From an uncultured Eubacteriales bacterium (GTDB lineage Bacteria; Bacillota; Clostridia; Oscillospirales; Butyricicoccaceae), in the NCBI GenBank assembly GCA_910586105.1, contig CAJUGU010000002.1, positions 1,797 to 65,796 of the forward strand: a stretch of DNA of 64,000 nt. The letters are read 5' to 3'. The notes under the pieces were generated by a model, which was given only the letters and a program-made list of their open reading frames with translations, was not told where the DNA came from and did not search any database. Positions 19,081 through 29,490 of this stretch are shown piece after piece. Each line of letters opens with the position of its first letter. The stretch's first letter is position 1. The translations under genes were made by a program, and so were the position numbers.

Positions 19081-20154
19081 ATGAAAAGGATCGTTTGCGC
19101 GGTGTTGCTGTTGTTCATGCTGTTACCGGCGGCGGGCGCGGTGAGCGCCAAAAGTGCGATTGTGCTGGACGCGCTGACGGGGGCGGTTTATTTTGAGCAG
19201 AACGCGGACGAACAGCTGCCGATGGCCTCGACGACGAAGATCATGACGGCGGTCGTCACGCTGGAAAACGGGGATCTGGATCGCGAATACGAGGTCAAGC
19301 GGGAGTATACGCTCGTCGAGGGCACCTCCATGTCCCTCCGCGAAGGCGAAACGCTGACGATCCATGACACGCTTTGGGGGCTGCTGATGCTCTCGGGGAA
19401 CGACGCGGCGCTTGCCCTTGCGGGCGAGGGCGGCGGGGCGGACAATTTCGTGGCGAAGATGAACGCCAAGGCGCGCGAGCTGGGGCTTGAAAACACGCAC
19501 TTTGACAACCCGCACGGCCTGGACAGTGCGACGCATTATACGACGGCCCGCGAGCTGGCGATCCTGGCCGCATATGCGATGAAAAACGAAACGTTCCGTG
19601 AGATCGTCTCAACGGTCAGCCATACGGCGGCGGGGCGCGACATGGCGAATCATAACAAGATGCTGGTCAATTACGAGGGCGGCTGCGGGGTAAAAACGGG
19701 ATACACCCGGCGGGCGGGGCGCTGCTTAGTCTCGGCGGCAGAGCGGGGCGGGCGTTTGCTGATCGTGGTCACGTTAAACGACCCGGACGACTGGAACGAC
19801 CATGCGGAGCTGTTAGACCTGGGCTTCTCCCGGTTTACGGAAACCACGCTGCAAACGGCGGGCGACGAAGTCGGGGCCTGCACGGTATATGGCGGCTTGC
19901 CGGAGGTATTGCCGTTGCTTGCGGGGGAGACCCTCACGGCAATGCTGGCCGACGGCGAACAGCCGCGCGTTTCCTTATCGGGCAGGCGGTTCACTTACGC
20001 GCCGATTTTCAACAGTGCGTACTTCGGACAGATCGAATACCGGATCGGGGACGCGGTCATAGCGCGCGGCAACGTTGCATACGGCGGGGACGCGGCGCGC
20101 CAACCAGAGCGGCTCACGCTCTGGGAGCGTCTCATGCAATTCCTCTTCGGCTGA
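19081..20154 (+). CDS. dacB: D-alanyl-D-alanine carboxypeptidase (S11, DacB-like)
   Basis: STTK, SGN, KTG motifs; signal peptide; synteny. Confidence 0.85.
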   Translation: MKRIVCAVLLLFMLLPAAGAVSAKSAIVLDALTGAVYFEQNADEQLPMASTTKIMTAVVTLENGDLDREYEVKREYTLVEGTSMSLREGETLTIHDTLWGLLMLSGNDAALALAGEGGGADNFVAKMNAKARELGLENTHFDNPHGLDSATHYTTARELAILAAYAMKNETFREIVSTVSHTAAGRDMANHNKMLVNYEGGCGVKTGYTRRAGRCLVSAAERGGRLLIVVTLNDPDDWNDHAELLDLGFSRFTETTLQTAGDEVGACTVYGGLPEVLPLLAGETLTAMLADGEQPRVSLSGRRFTYAPIFNSAYFGQIEYRIGDAVIARGNVAYGGDAARQPERLTLWERLMQFLFG

Positions 20155-20372
20155 TGCGCACCCGCCCCTCGCCGGGGCGGCGTCCTGCGCGGACGGCGGC
20201 AGGGCTCTGCCCTGCGGCAACAGATCGCAGCGGTCGATCCCTCCGCCCTTGAATTTGGCTCCGACTTTTGGAGCATCCGGGATTTCAGAAAAAACGCCCA
20301 TTTCATGGGCTATATTATGCAAAAATACGGTCAGCGGAGCCCGTCTTCGTCTGGCTGTGGTAAGGAGTCAGT

Positions 20373-21083
20373 ATGAAGGAAAGAGTGCAAAAGATCCTGT
20401 CGCAGGCTGGGGTATGCTCCCGCCGCGCGGCGGAAGCAATGATCGAAGCCGGACGCGTGACCGTCAACAACCGGAAGATCAAACTGGGCGATCAGGCCGA
20501 CAGCAGTCGGGACGTGATCTGCGTGGACGGCAAACGCATCCACGAAACCGAGCCTAAGGTCTATTTGATGCTGCATAAACCCCGCGGTTTCGTCTCGACG
20601 CTCTCGGACGAACGCGGACGGCGCACCGTCCGCCAGCTCGTGCGGGACTGCGGCGCGCGGGTCTATCCCGTCGGACGTCTCGACGCCGATTCCGAAGGCC
20701 TGCTGCTGATGACCAACGACGGCGCGCTCACCTATTCGCTCACCCACCCCAAACATGCGGTCGACAAGCTGTATTATGTGCGGGTCAAAGGCGACTTAAA
20801 GCAGATCGAACGGCTGCGCGAACCGATCGAGATCGACGGACGCATGACCGCGCCCGCCGATGTGGAAGTGCTCGACGCGCCCGCAGCAGGCTATAGCCTG
20901 CTGGGCATCACGCTCCATGAAGGCCGCAACCGGCAGATCCGGCGGCTGTGCGAACACGCCGGTTTGGAAGTGAAACGTCTCAAACGTATGAAGATCGGCA
21001 CGTTGGAGATCGACCCCAGGCTGAAGGTCGGCGCGTGGCGCAATCTCACCGAGGAGGAGGTCGCGTATCTGCAAAGCCTTTAA
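20373..21083 (+). CDS. rluB: rRNA pseudouridine synthase (RsuA/RluB family)
   Basis: S4 domain, GRLDADSEGLLL, EGRNRQIRR. Confidence 0.9.
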   Translation: MKERVQKILSQAGVCSRRAAEAMIEAGRVTVNNRKIKLGDQADSSRDVICVDGKRIHETEPKVYLMLHKPRGFVSTLSDERGRRTVRQLVRDCGARVYPVGRLDADSEGLLLMTNDGALTYSLTHPKHAVDKLYYVRVKGDLKQIERLREPIEIDGRMTAPADVEVLDAPAAGYSLLGITLHEGRNRQIRRLCEHAGLEVKRLKRMKIGTLEIDPRLKVGAWRNLTEEEVAYLQSL

Positions 21084-21332
21084 AGGCGCGCGGAAACGCC
21101 GCCCGACCGGCGAAAAATGGTTCGGGATCCTGGCATGGAAATCCGGCGCTCCCCACAGTCGCGCCGCCGTTTTCTCCCGTCAACGCGGCTTCCGCATCGC
21201 CGAACGGACATCCGTCCGGGAACGCTTTTCCAGCCTGCGGCGGTCAAAATTTTTTTCATGCAGAAAACGGGATAGCCTATCCTTGGGCCGTCCCGTTTGC
21301 TTTGCTTATAAAATGCGGCTTTGGATCGCGCG

Positions 21333-22277
21333 TCACATCTCGATCTCGTCCAGCAGCGTCCGCAGCTTCTTCGCTGAGGAAAGCAGCTGCCTGCGTTCTT
21401 CGTCGTTCAGCGGCAGGTCGAGCACCGCTTCGACCCCGTTGCGCCCGACCACCGACGGCAGGCCAAGGCATACCTCGCTGACCCCGTAATGGCCGGTCAC
21501 CAGCGACGATACCGGCAGAACCGAATGTTCGTCCCGCACGATCGCTTCTGCGATGCGCCGCACGGTCATGCCGATCGCATAGTAGGTTGCGCCCTTCCCC
21601 TCGATGATCGAATACGCAGCGTCCCGCACGTTTTCATAGATCCGGTTCATCGCCGGGAAGGAATATTCTTTCCCGGCTGCATGGCAGTAACCGTCCAGAT
21701 CGACGCCCGAAACGTTCGCCGACGACCAGACCGCCAGCTCGCTGTCCCCATGCTCGCCGATAATGAACGCATGGACGTTCCGGCTGTCTACGCCGAGATA
21801 TTGCCCGAGCAGATACTTCAGCCGCGCCGTGTCCAGCACCGTCCCCGAACCGATCACATGCCCTTCGGGCAGTGTCGCGATCTTCCGCGCCATATACGTC
21901 AGGATGTCCACCGGATTGGACACGATCAGCAGGATACATTCCTGATTCACCGCGCAGATCTGGCTGACGATCGATTGGATGATCGTGCGGTTGCGCCCTA
22001 AAAGCTCGATCCGGGTCTCGCCCGGTTTCTGGTTCGCGCCCGCCGCAAGGATGACCAGGCCGCAGTCGTGCAGGTCGGCGTAGTCCCCCGCCCGCACCAG
22101 ACAGGGCCGCGTGAATGAGATACCGTGGTTGATGTCGGCGGCTTCGCCTTCCGCCCGCTTTCGGTTCTGATCGAGCAGGACGATCTCCGAGAATAACCCG
22201 CTGCCCGCAAGGGTGAACGCCGAGGTCGCGCCGACAAATCCGACCCCGATCACCGCGCACTTTTGGATATTGACCAT
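21333..22277 (-). CDS. ldh: L-lactate dehydrogenase
   Basis: GVGFVG, GANQKPGETR, GTVLDTAR, GEHGDS, KGATYY. Confidence 0.95.
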   Translation of the reverse strand: MVNIQKCAVIGVGFVGATSAFTLAGSGLFSEIVLLDQNRKRAEGEAADINHGISFTRPCLVRAGDYADLHDCGLVILAAGANQKPGETRIELLGRNRTIIQSIVSQICAVNQECILLIVSNPVDILTYMARKIATLPEGHVIGSGTVLDTARLKYLLGQYLGVDSRNVHAFIIGEHGDSELAVWSSANVSGVDLDGYCHAAGKEYSFPAMNRIYENVRDAAYSIIEGKGATYYAIGMTVRRIAEAIVRDEHSVLPVSSLVTGHYGVSEVCLGLPSVVGRNGVEAVLDLPLNDEERRQLLSSAKKLRTLLDEIEM

Positions 22278-22669
22278 GAAACAGCCCCCGTTTCTGATTT
22301 TTCCTGTATGCAAAAGCCGGATCGACGGATGCGTGAACGAGTCCAGACTCGGGTACGATCCCGCAGGGCGTCCGGGCGGATCGCAAAAAATGCGGCGCGG
22401 CACGACGGCGAAATCCCCGCGCGCCGCCGCTTCCGGCTTGCGGATACAGGTTTTGAATATTGTGCGCAGTCCTCCGGGCGTTATGCGCCGGCGCGCGGAT
22501 TTGTTCAGCTTTCACAATCGGGCGGCAAAAGCGCAGCCGGAAAATGCAAAAGCGCGCCGCCGCTGTAGAAAAACGACAAATGTCGGCTTTTTTCTTGCGC
22601 CGCGCCGGTTTGTCCTGTATGATAGGGATAAGGCGCGGCGGCTTCCGTCGCCGGGAATGGGAGGACGAT

Positions 22670-23386
22670 ATGAAGATCGCGGTTTGTGACGATTCGCCCG
22701 CACAGCTGGCGCAGCTGCGGGCATACTTATCCGAACGGGACGGCCTGCTGACGGCCGAATTCACCAGCGGCAGCGCCCTGCTGCAATGTATCCGCGGCGG
22801 CGCGCATTTCGATCTGCTGCTGCTCGATATCCGGCTTGACGATACATTAGGCACGGCGTTGGCGCAGGAGCTTTCCCAGCTGCTGCCGCAGGCCGATATT
22901 ATTTTTATCTCCGCCTACCCGCAGTATGTGACCGACGCTTTTCATTTGCAGGCTGCGCAATATTTCTTGAAACCGCTCGAAAAAGAACGCTTTTTGCAGG
23001 AGTTTGACCATCTGGTCGCGCGGCGCGCGCAGGCAAAAGCGCGCTGGGGCGTGCGCGGGCGCTATGGGATGCAATACTTTATCCCGGCGCAGATCGTTTA
23101 CATCGAAGCCTATCACCGGCATTTGAAGATCCATACCCCAGGCTCTGTGACCGACGTAGTCGGCAAGCTGTCGGAAGCGCAGGCCGCGCTCACGCCTTAC
23201 GGCTTCGGACGCAGCCATCAGGGCTATCTGGTCAACCTGCGCTGGGTGCGCGAGGTCGGCGCGAAAGAGATCGTCTGCACGCAGGGCAGCCGCATCCCGA
23301 TCAGTACCCGCAAACGCGCGGCCTTTCTGGACGCCTATGTCCAGTTTGCAGAGCGCGGCGGTATGGCGGCGGACCGCTGTCTGTGA
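22670..23386 (+). CDS. LytTR family response regulator (orphan)
   Basis: IAVCDD, LLDI, KP receiver; RSHQGYLVNL LytTR domain. Confidence 0.9.
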   Translation: MKIAVCDDSPAQLAQLRAYLSERDGLLTAEFTSGSALLQCIRGGAHFDLLLLDIRLDDTLGTALAQELSQLLPQADIIFISAYPQYVTDAFHLQAAQYFLKPLEKERFLQEFDHLVARRAQAKARWGVRGRYGMQYFIPAQIVYIEAYHRHLKIHTPGSVTDVVGKLSEAQAALTPYGFGRSHQGYLVNLRWVREVGAKEIVCTQGSRIPISTRKRAAFLDAYVQFAERGGMAADRCL

Positions 23387-23518
23387 TCGCCCCGCGGGCT
23401 TCCCCCGCCGGACATCGTGCCAAAGCGGCTGCCCCTTCGATCCGGGGCAGCCGCTTCTTTGCATCCTCCAAATATCCCTCAAGGTACAGCCCATTGTCAC
23501 GATCGCCCGGGCTCCGCT

Positions 23519-24430
23519 TTACCCCTCCGCTTCTTTGGAATCATTCCCTTTCGGCTCCTCCTCTAAATATTGCTCCAGGTTGCGCCTCGCGTTTTCTCGG
23601 TCGGCTTTGCGGTATTTCAGCGGCGTGATCCCAAACTTGCTTTTGAACGCCTTCGTGAAGACCTGAGGATCCTGATAGCCGCAGTTGCGCGCGATGTTCG
23701 CCACCGGAACGTCGGTCAGCGTCAATTCTTCCTTGGCCCGGGTCAGCCGAAACAGCGTCAAATATTCCTGCGGCGAAATGTGCAGCACCTTCTGGAACAA
23801 TGCAAACAGATAGCTGCGGTGCAGCGCTACATAATTTGCGACATCGTTTACCGTAATGCTTTCGATATAATGGTTCCGGATGAATTCGACAGCCTTGTGT
23901 ACATACCGGTTCTCGCGGTCTTCCTTGCTCAGACGGTCGATCTTCGACGAAATGCCGTTGGAAAGACAGGCGAAAAACTGGCACAGCAGCGACTGCAAAA
24001 GGAAATCATTTTGCGTGCTCATGGTATTGTGGCGCAGCATTTCCCGCACCAGCCCGGTGAGCCTGCCGCCGTCGTCAAAGCGGAAGGTCAGCCGGTCGGC
24101 GTCCAGCCCGACCGCGCGCAGACAGCCTTCGGCGTTCGTACCGTCGAACCCGATCCATAGATACGTCCACGGTTCCTGTGCGTCCGCCTGATAAAACGTC
24201 TGCTTGTTCGGTTCGATCAGGAACCCTTCCCCTCTCCCAAGCGCGTAAGTGGTCCCGCCTACCTGAAAGATCCCCCGACCATCCACAATATAATGCAGCA
24301 GGTAATTGGGGCGGACGGCCGGGCCATAGCTGTGCAGCGGCTGGCAGTTCGCGTAACCGCAGTAACATAAATAAAATTCTTTAAACATTTGGTATTGCTG
24401 CAACAGGTGCAGTACCTGACTGTCTTCCAT
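23519..24430 (-). CDS. AraC family regulator (MsmR-like)
   Basis: HSYGPAVRPNYLLHY; C-terminal CGYQDPQVFTKAFKSKFGITPLKYR. Confidence 0.92.
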   Translation of the reverse strand: MEDSQVLHLLQQYQMFKEFYLCYCGYANCQPLHSYGPAVRPNYLLHYIVDGRGIFQVGGTTYALGRGEGFLIEPNKQTFYQADAQEPWTYLWIGFDGTNAEGCLRAVGLDADRLTFRFDDGGRLTGLVREMLRHNTMSTQNDFLLQSLLCQFFACLSNGISSKIDRLSKEDRENRYVHKAVEFIRNHYIESITVNDVANYVALHRSYLFALFQKVLHISPQEYLTLFRLTRAKEELTLTDVPVANIARNCGYQDPQVFTKAFKSKFGITPLKYRKADRENARRNLEQYLEEEPKGNDSKEAEG

Positions 24431-24588
24431 CTGGTCTCCCTCCCGCCCGCTGGTTTGATCGGTATTTGAAAAATATGGTTTCCCGGGATCCTCCGCCCCA
24501 TGCATAGAGCTCCCGAGAATACGCCGGTGGCCCGCATGGAAAACCGTGCGGGCTCTGCCGGTTAAAAAAGAAGTGAAAAAGGATATGG

Positions 24589-26808
24589 TCAGGGTCGCGC
24601 CTTCAGTACAAAGATGTGCGAATCGAAATCGCAGCTGCGGCGTTCGTCCGGCTGGCATTCGCCGGCGGCGCTGTCGGTCGTGATGAGCCCGACGTGCATC
24701 AGCTCGTCCCCGAAGTGCCCGCCGTCGCCGTCGACCCGATAGCACAGGTCCGGGTCGAGCCCTTGCAGCCGCACGCGGCGGAACGGCCCGTTGACCTCGT
24801 TCAGTACGCGGTACCAGCCGGCCAGCGCCGTCCGTTTGTCCGGCGATACGACCATCCAGGCTGTGATGTTGCCGTCAAAGGGGGACTGCAGCCGGTAAAA
24901 ATCGCCGAACTGGATGACCTCGCGGTATTCTTTCATGAATGCGATCTGTTCGCGCACCAGCACGCGCTCCTCTTCGGTGAGCTTGTTCAAATCCAGCTCG
25001 TAGCCGAAGGTACCGAAATGCGCCACGTTCGCACGGGTGCCGATCGGCGTGATCCGGTTCACCTGATGGTTCGGTACCGCCGAAACATGCGCCCCGATCG
25101 AGCTGATCGGATAGCAGAAGGAGGTGCCGTACTGGATCTTCAGCCGGGAGACCGCGTCCGAGTTGTCCGACGCCCAGCCCTGCGGCGCGTAATAAAGCAG
25201 GCCGGGATCGAAACGCCCGCCGCCCGACGCGCAGGATTCAAACAGCACGTGTGGGAAGTCCGTTGTCAGGCGGTCGTACAGGTCGTACACGCCGAGGATG
25301 TAACGGTGGAACAGCTCGCCCTGCCGGTCGGCGGGCAGCGCGCCCGAAAAGGCTTCGGAAATGCTTCGGTTCATATCCCACTTGATATAGGATACCTTCG
25401 CTTCGGACAGGATCTTTGCCATCTGCCCATAAATATGGTCGACCACCTCCGGGCGGGAATAATCCAGCACGTACTGGTTGCGCCCGTGGGAAACGCGGCG
25501 GTCCGGCGTGCAGACGATCCAATCGGGATGCGCCCGGTACAGGTCGGAATCCCGGTTGGCCATCTCCGGCTCGAACCAGAGGCCGAACTTCATCCCCAGC
25601 GCATCGATCCGGTCGGCAAGGCCGGTGATGCCGCGCGCCAGCCGGTCGGTGTTTGCGTACCAGTCGCCCAGCCCGGCGCGGTCGTTGGAGCGTGCGCCGA
25701 ACCAGCCGTCGTCGAGCACGAACAGCTCTACGCCGTCTTTTTTCGCGCCCTCGGCGATCGCGACCAGTTTGTCTTCCGTAAAATCAAAGTAGGTCGCTTC
25801 CCAGTTGTTCAGCAGGATCGGGCGCGGCTTGTCGCGCCACTCCCCGCGCGCCAGCCGGGAACGGTAGAGGGTGTGGAAAGTCCGGCTCATCGCGCCCATG
25901 CCTTCGCAGGAATAGACCATCACGGCCTCGGGCGTCTGGAAGGCTTCCCCGGGCGCCAGCTTCCAGTCGAAGCCGAAGGGGTTGATGCCCAGCAGTACGC
26001 GGGTCACATCCCAGTTATCGACCTCCGCCTGCGCGAGGAAATTGCCCGAGTACACCAGCGAGAAGCCGATCGCCTCGCCGTGGGTCTCGTCCGTGCCGGG
26101 ACGGCGGAGCATGATAAAGGGGTTATGGTTGTGCGAGGAATTGCCGCGCGCCGAGCCGACCGACTGCACGCCCTGCTCCAGCTTCCGCACCTTCATATGG
26201 CGTTCGCGCGACCATGCGCCCGAAAAATGGATGAATTCATAGTCGCTGTCCGGAAGGTCGAGCGAAAGGCTCATTGCATGGGTCAGGTGCAGGTCGAGCG
26301 CGCCCTCGTTGACCAGCCGGACCGAGCGGGCAATCGCCGCATGCTCCGCAAACAGGGTGTACGCCAGGTCGACCGACAAGCCGAGCAGGTCGTCGCGCAG
26401 ATGCAGGGTCAGCGTTTCGGCCTCGCGGTCGTCTTCGCAGTAGGTCGCGGGCAGGCCTTCCAGTCGGGGCTTGCCGGGCGCAATGGAATGCGACCGGTAG
26501 GTCAGGTCCGTGATCCGGCTGCCGTTCGGCTGGCGGACCTCCACCGCAGGCTGACGGTAATCGGTCGTGCCATACGCCGGGTATTCTTGCTTGCTGTGCT
26601 CAAGGGAAAAGAACTTATCGCCCTCGAATACCCAGGTGGTCATGGGGCGGTGCTTGCGCTCAAACAGGTGGTCAAAGCCTTCCTGATCGTGAATGGCCCT
26701 GCCGAAATAAAGCTGTCCGACAACGCCGTTCGGCAGGATCTTCATGAGATAACTGATCTTTCCATTGCTCAGATGGAACGTTTTTGTGCTTTCGTGATAT
26801 CGGATCAC
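24589..26808 (-). CDS. Alpha-galactosidase, GH36
   Basis: NNWEATYF, LFVLDDGWFG, YIKWDMNR, CASGGGRFD. Confidence 0.95.
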   Translation of the reverse strand: MIRYHESTKTFHLSNGKISYLMKILPNGVVGQLYFGRAIHDQEGFDHLFERKHRPMTTWVFEGDKFFSLEHSKQEYPAYGTTDYRQPAVEVRQPNGSRITDLTYRSHSIAPGKPRLEGLPATYCEDDREAETLTLHLRDDLLGLSVDLAYTLFAEHAAIARSVRLVNEGALDLHLTHAMSLSLDLPDSDYEFIHFSGAWSRERHMKVRKLEQGVQSVGSARGNSSHNHNPFIMLRRPGTDETHGEAIGFSLVYSGNFLAQAEVDNWDVTRVLLGINPFGFDWKLAPGEAFQTPEAVMVYSCEGMGAMSRTFHTLYRSRLARGEWRDKPRPILLNNWEATYFDFTEDKLVAIAEGAKKDGVELFVLDDGWFGARSNDRAGLGDWYANTDRLARGITGLADRIDALGMKFGLWFEPEMANRDSDLYRAHPDWIVCTPDRRVSHGRNQYVLDYSRPEVVDHIYGQMAKILSEAKVSYIKWDMNRSISEAFSGALPADRQGELFHRYILGVYDLYDRLTTDFPHVLFESCASGGGRFDPGLLYYAPQGWASDNSDAVSRLKIQYGTSFCYPISSIGAHVSAVPNHQVNRITPIGTRANVAHFGTFGYELDLNKLTEEERVLVREQIAFMKEYREVIQFGDFYRLQSPFDGNITAWMVVSPDKRTALAGWYRVLNEVNGPFRRVRLQGLDPDLCYRVDGDGGHFGDELMHVGLITTDSAAGECQPDERRSCDFDSHIFVLKARP

Positions 26809-26876
26809 AGGGGTACCCTCCTTTCAAGATTCCGCGGGGAGGCTTCCCCACGGTGCGGCCGCCGTTGAAACGGCGC

Positions 26877-27038
26877 TTAAAGTGATGTCCCGGGGCGCTC
26901 CGCCTGCTCGGGGATCAGCCATTTGCTGCCAAAGCGGACGGCTCCGGCGATCTGCTTTCGTTCGCAGATCTGGCGCAGCAGGCAGGGCGTAAGCTGCCAC
27001 AGCCGCGCAGCCTCCGGGATCGTCATATAATGGATCAT
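26877..27038 (-). CDS. Small helix-turn-helix (excisionase/HTH_17-like) DNA-binding protein, 53 aa
   Basis: Below the ORF-track cutoff; manual translation MIHYMTIPEAARLWQLTPCLLRQICERKQIAGAVRFGSKWLIPEQAERPGTSL; GAAGGAG RBS. Confidence 0.75.
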   Translation of the reverse strand: MIHYMTIPEAARLWQLTPCLLRQICERKQIAGAVRFGSKWLIPEQAERPGTSL

Positions 27039-27119
27039 GGTTTGAAAACTCCTTCTTCGCGCCCTCCCGCGCCCCGGCCGGGGCGCGGCGTAGGGATGTT
27101 GTACGGATCGCTCCGGGCG

Positions 27120-28571
27120 TCAGCGCGCGGCGCCCTGCTTTGCGTGCAGCGCGTTGACCTCGCGGGTCATTTGTTCCAGACGTTCGCCCTTGAGCTTGTA
27201 TGCGTTCTTGAAGATCAGGAAACTGAGAACGGCCAGAAGGATCGGGACGGCAAACATCAGCACCCGGATGCCGACGATGGTTCCGGCCGACTGCGCGCCC
27301 GACTTGGCGGCGTCATAACCGATCAGGTCAAGGCCGATACCGGTCAGGGTGCCCGCGACGGCGCCTGCGGCTTTCATCAGGAAGGTCTGCGCCGAGCAGG
27401 TGACCGATTCGTTACGCTTGCCGAATTTCAGCTCGCCATAATCGATGACGTCCGCGATACAGCAGGTGGTCGTACCAAGGGACAGGCCGGAGCCGAAAAA
27501 GATGAACGCGCAGGAGGCGATCACGCCGACGGTGCTGTTCGGCGCGGCATAGCCGAGGGCGAACAGGAGTACAAGCCCAATGACCGGCAAGCCGCAGGCA
27601 AGGAAATATACCTTTTCGCGGTCGATCGCCTTCGCGATCTTCGGGAAGCAGAACAGGCCGATCATTTCCGCGATGATCGCGTATCCAAAGATGGAGTACA
27701 GGAACGCGTTGCCGCAGGCTTCCTTAAAGTAGTAAACGGCAAACGCCTTGAGGATCTGGGTGCAGAGGTTGAAGGTCAGCAGCAGGCCGATGAAAGCGAC
27801 CAGCTGGTCGTTTTTGACGATGATGCCGAAGGCTTCGGCCAAGCTGGTCTTTTCCGCCCTGGCGCCCGCGCCGACGGTTGGCTTCTCCTTGACGAACGCG
27901 CAGGTGATGCCGATACAGATGATGAACAATACCACGATCGCGATCGCCGTGTAAGTAAAGCCAGTTTCCGAGATATTCAGCAGCGAGCCGTCCGCCTGCT
28001 CCTGAACGACGGTGTTGTCGCCTGCCATATTATTAAAGTAGCTGATGACCTGAAGGCCGAAGGTGCAGACGATGAAGCCGCCGATCGACGCGAAAATACG
28101 CGGGATGACCGAGATCGATTCGCGTTCCCGGGGATCGCTGGACAGGTTCGGCAGCCACGACCAGTAGGGAACGTCCATGATGGTGTAGGTCATGCCGTAA
28201 AGGATGTACATGACCGAAACATAGATCATGAGCGTGCTCCTGTCCCGGATGCCGCAGGTCGTGAACAGCAGGATGAAGAACACGGAATTGATCAGGGTAC
28301 CGATGATCAGCCAGATACGGAACTTGCCGTATTTCGTCCGGGTATTATCCACGACCATCCCCATCATTGGGTCGTTGACCGCGTCCCAGATCCGGGCCGC
28401 GCCGAGCAGCATGCCGGCAAAGGTCGCGCCCAGCCCCAGCGTGTCTGTCATGTAAAGCATCAGGAACGCGCCGACAAGGTTACAGATCGCGTCCTTACCG
28501 ATCGCACCGATACCGAACGCATATTTCTGGATCGCGGGGAGCCGTTGAGCTTGCTCTCTTGGGTTTGCCAT
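27120..28571 (-). CDS. melB: Glycoside-pentoside-hexuronide:cation symporter (melibiose permease-like)
   Basis: [18 protein letters not shown]...[18 protein letters not shown]; upstream of GH36. Confidence 0.85.
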   Translation of the reverse strand: MANPREQAQRLPAIQKYAFGIGAIGKDAICNLVGAFLMLYMTDTLGLGATFAGMLLGAARIWDAVNDPMMGMVVDNTRTKYGKFRIWLIIGTLINSVFFILLFTTCGIRDRSTLMIYVSVMYILYGMTYTIMDVPYWSWLPNLSSDPRERESISVIPRIFASIGGFIVCTFGLQVISYFNNMAGDNTVVQEQADGSLLNISETGFTYTAIAIVVLFIICIGITCAFVKEKPTVGAGARAEKTSLAEAFGIIVKNDQLVAFIGLLLTFNLCTQILKAFAVYYFKEACGNAFLYSIFGYAIIAEMIGLFCFPKIAKAIDREKVYFLACGLPVIGLVLLFALGYAAPNSTVGVIASCAFIFFGSGLSLGTTTCCIADVIDYGELKFGKRNESVTCSAQTFLMKAAGAVAGTLTGIGLDLIGYDAAKSGAQSAGTIVGIRVLMFAVPILLAVLSFLIFKNAYKLKGERLEQMTREVNALHAKQGAAR

Positions 28572-29035
28572 GATGATTTCCTCCTTATAATTACCAGACT
28601 TTGAAGAGCTGTGCACAATCCTCTTTGTCCTTTCTGGGCTTAATTATAGCAGAATTGGTGGAAATGTGTTATACGTTTATGTTAGACAAAATTGTCGATA
28701 TGTCGAATTTCCCCAAAAACATCCATCCAAAACCCACTCGGTATTGTTCTTTATGCACAAATATTTAATTCTTTCTTTGTGTACTTTGCCGACAAACGCC
28801 CCCTCTCCCGTAAAATTCCTGCAAAAATGTTGAAAACACCAATCGTCGAAATGTCTTTTGTCAAAAATCACAAAACAGGCAAAATGTTTTATCGATTGCC
28901 AGAAGGTTCGGTTTTGGGCGGAACGCTCCCGTGAAACAAATGAATTTATGCGATATGCACAATTTTTTAAACCGTTTTTATGTATTTTGCCCATACCCTT
29001 CCGCATCCCCCGCATTTCTTTGGCAAGTTCGACGC

Positions 29036-29064
29036 TTGCGCCAGCCCGCGCAAAGGATTATACT
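29036..29064 (+). promoter_or_regulatory. Sigma-A-type promoter of small ORF
   Basis: TTGCGC-17 nt-TATACT. Confidence 0.55.
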
Positions 29065-29133
29065 GAATGCGTGCTCCGGGGAATGGCTCGGTGCAAAATC
29101 ACAACAAAAACGAATCAAAAGGAGTGTTTTCAC

Positions 29134-29253
29134 ATGTCGCTGAAACAGTATTTCGAGGATTTTGGTACGCTTTGCTATGGCAGCATGATGCTTTCCACCA
29201 ACATGAACAAGGCCGCTCAGCCAACCGTGCGGAAGCCGCGCAACCTCCGCTGA
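29134..29253 (+). CDS. Small hypothetical protein, 39 aa
   Basis: MSLKQYFEDFGTLCYGSMMLSTNMNKAAQPTVRKPRNLR; AAGGAG RBS, own promoter and terminator. Confidence 0.6.
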   Translation: MSLKQYFEDFGTLCYGSMMLSTNMNKAAQPTVRKPRNLR

Positions 29254-29290
29254 AACGGGGATCGTATCGCATCATGGATCCAAAAACGGT

Positions 29291-29333
29291 AAAAAGTGCC
29301 GGGGCACGAAATGTGCTCCGGCACTTTGTTTTT
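29291..29333. terminator. Bidirectional terminator
   Basis: AAAAAGTGCCGGGGCAC-GAAAT-GTGCTCCGGCACTTTGTTTTT. Confidence 0.75.
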
Positions 29334-29490
29334 AGCATTCCGGTGAATGTATGCGTTCCCGCTCGCAGCTTACGCGCATCGCCCGCGTTTGACATCCCGC
29401 TTGCCGTTTGATGCTGCGCTTGCGTTTCAGGGGATCGCTTACGGTTCGATCCACCCGTTTGCCGTTCCGCAGGCCGCGCGCGGCCTGCCC

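Noticed and set aside
22501..22517. Rex operator upstream of ldh (TTGTTCAGCTTTCACAA)
   Set aside because: Half-site spacing is one base shorter than the 18-bp Rex consensus; too weak to call
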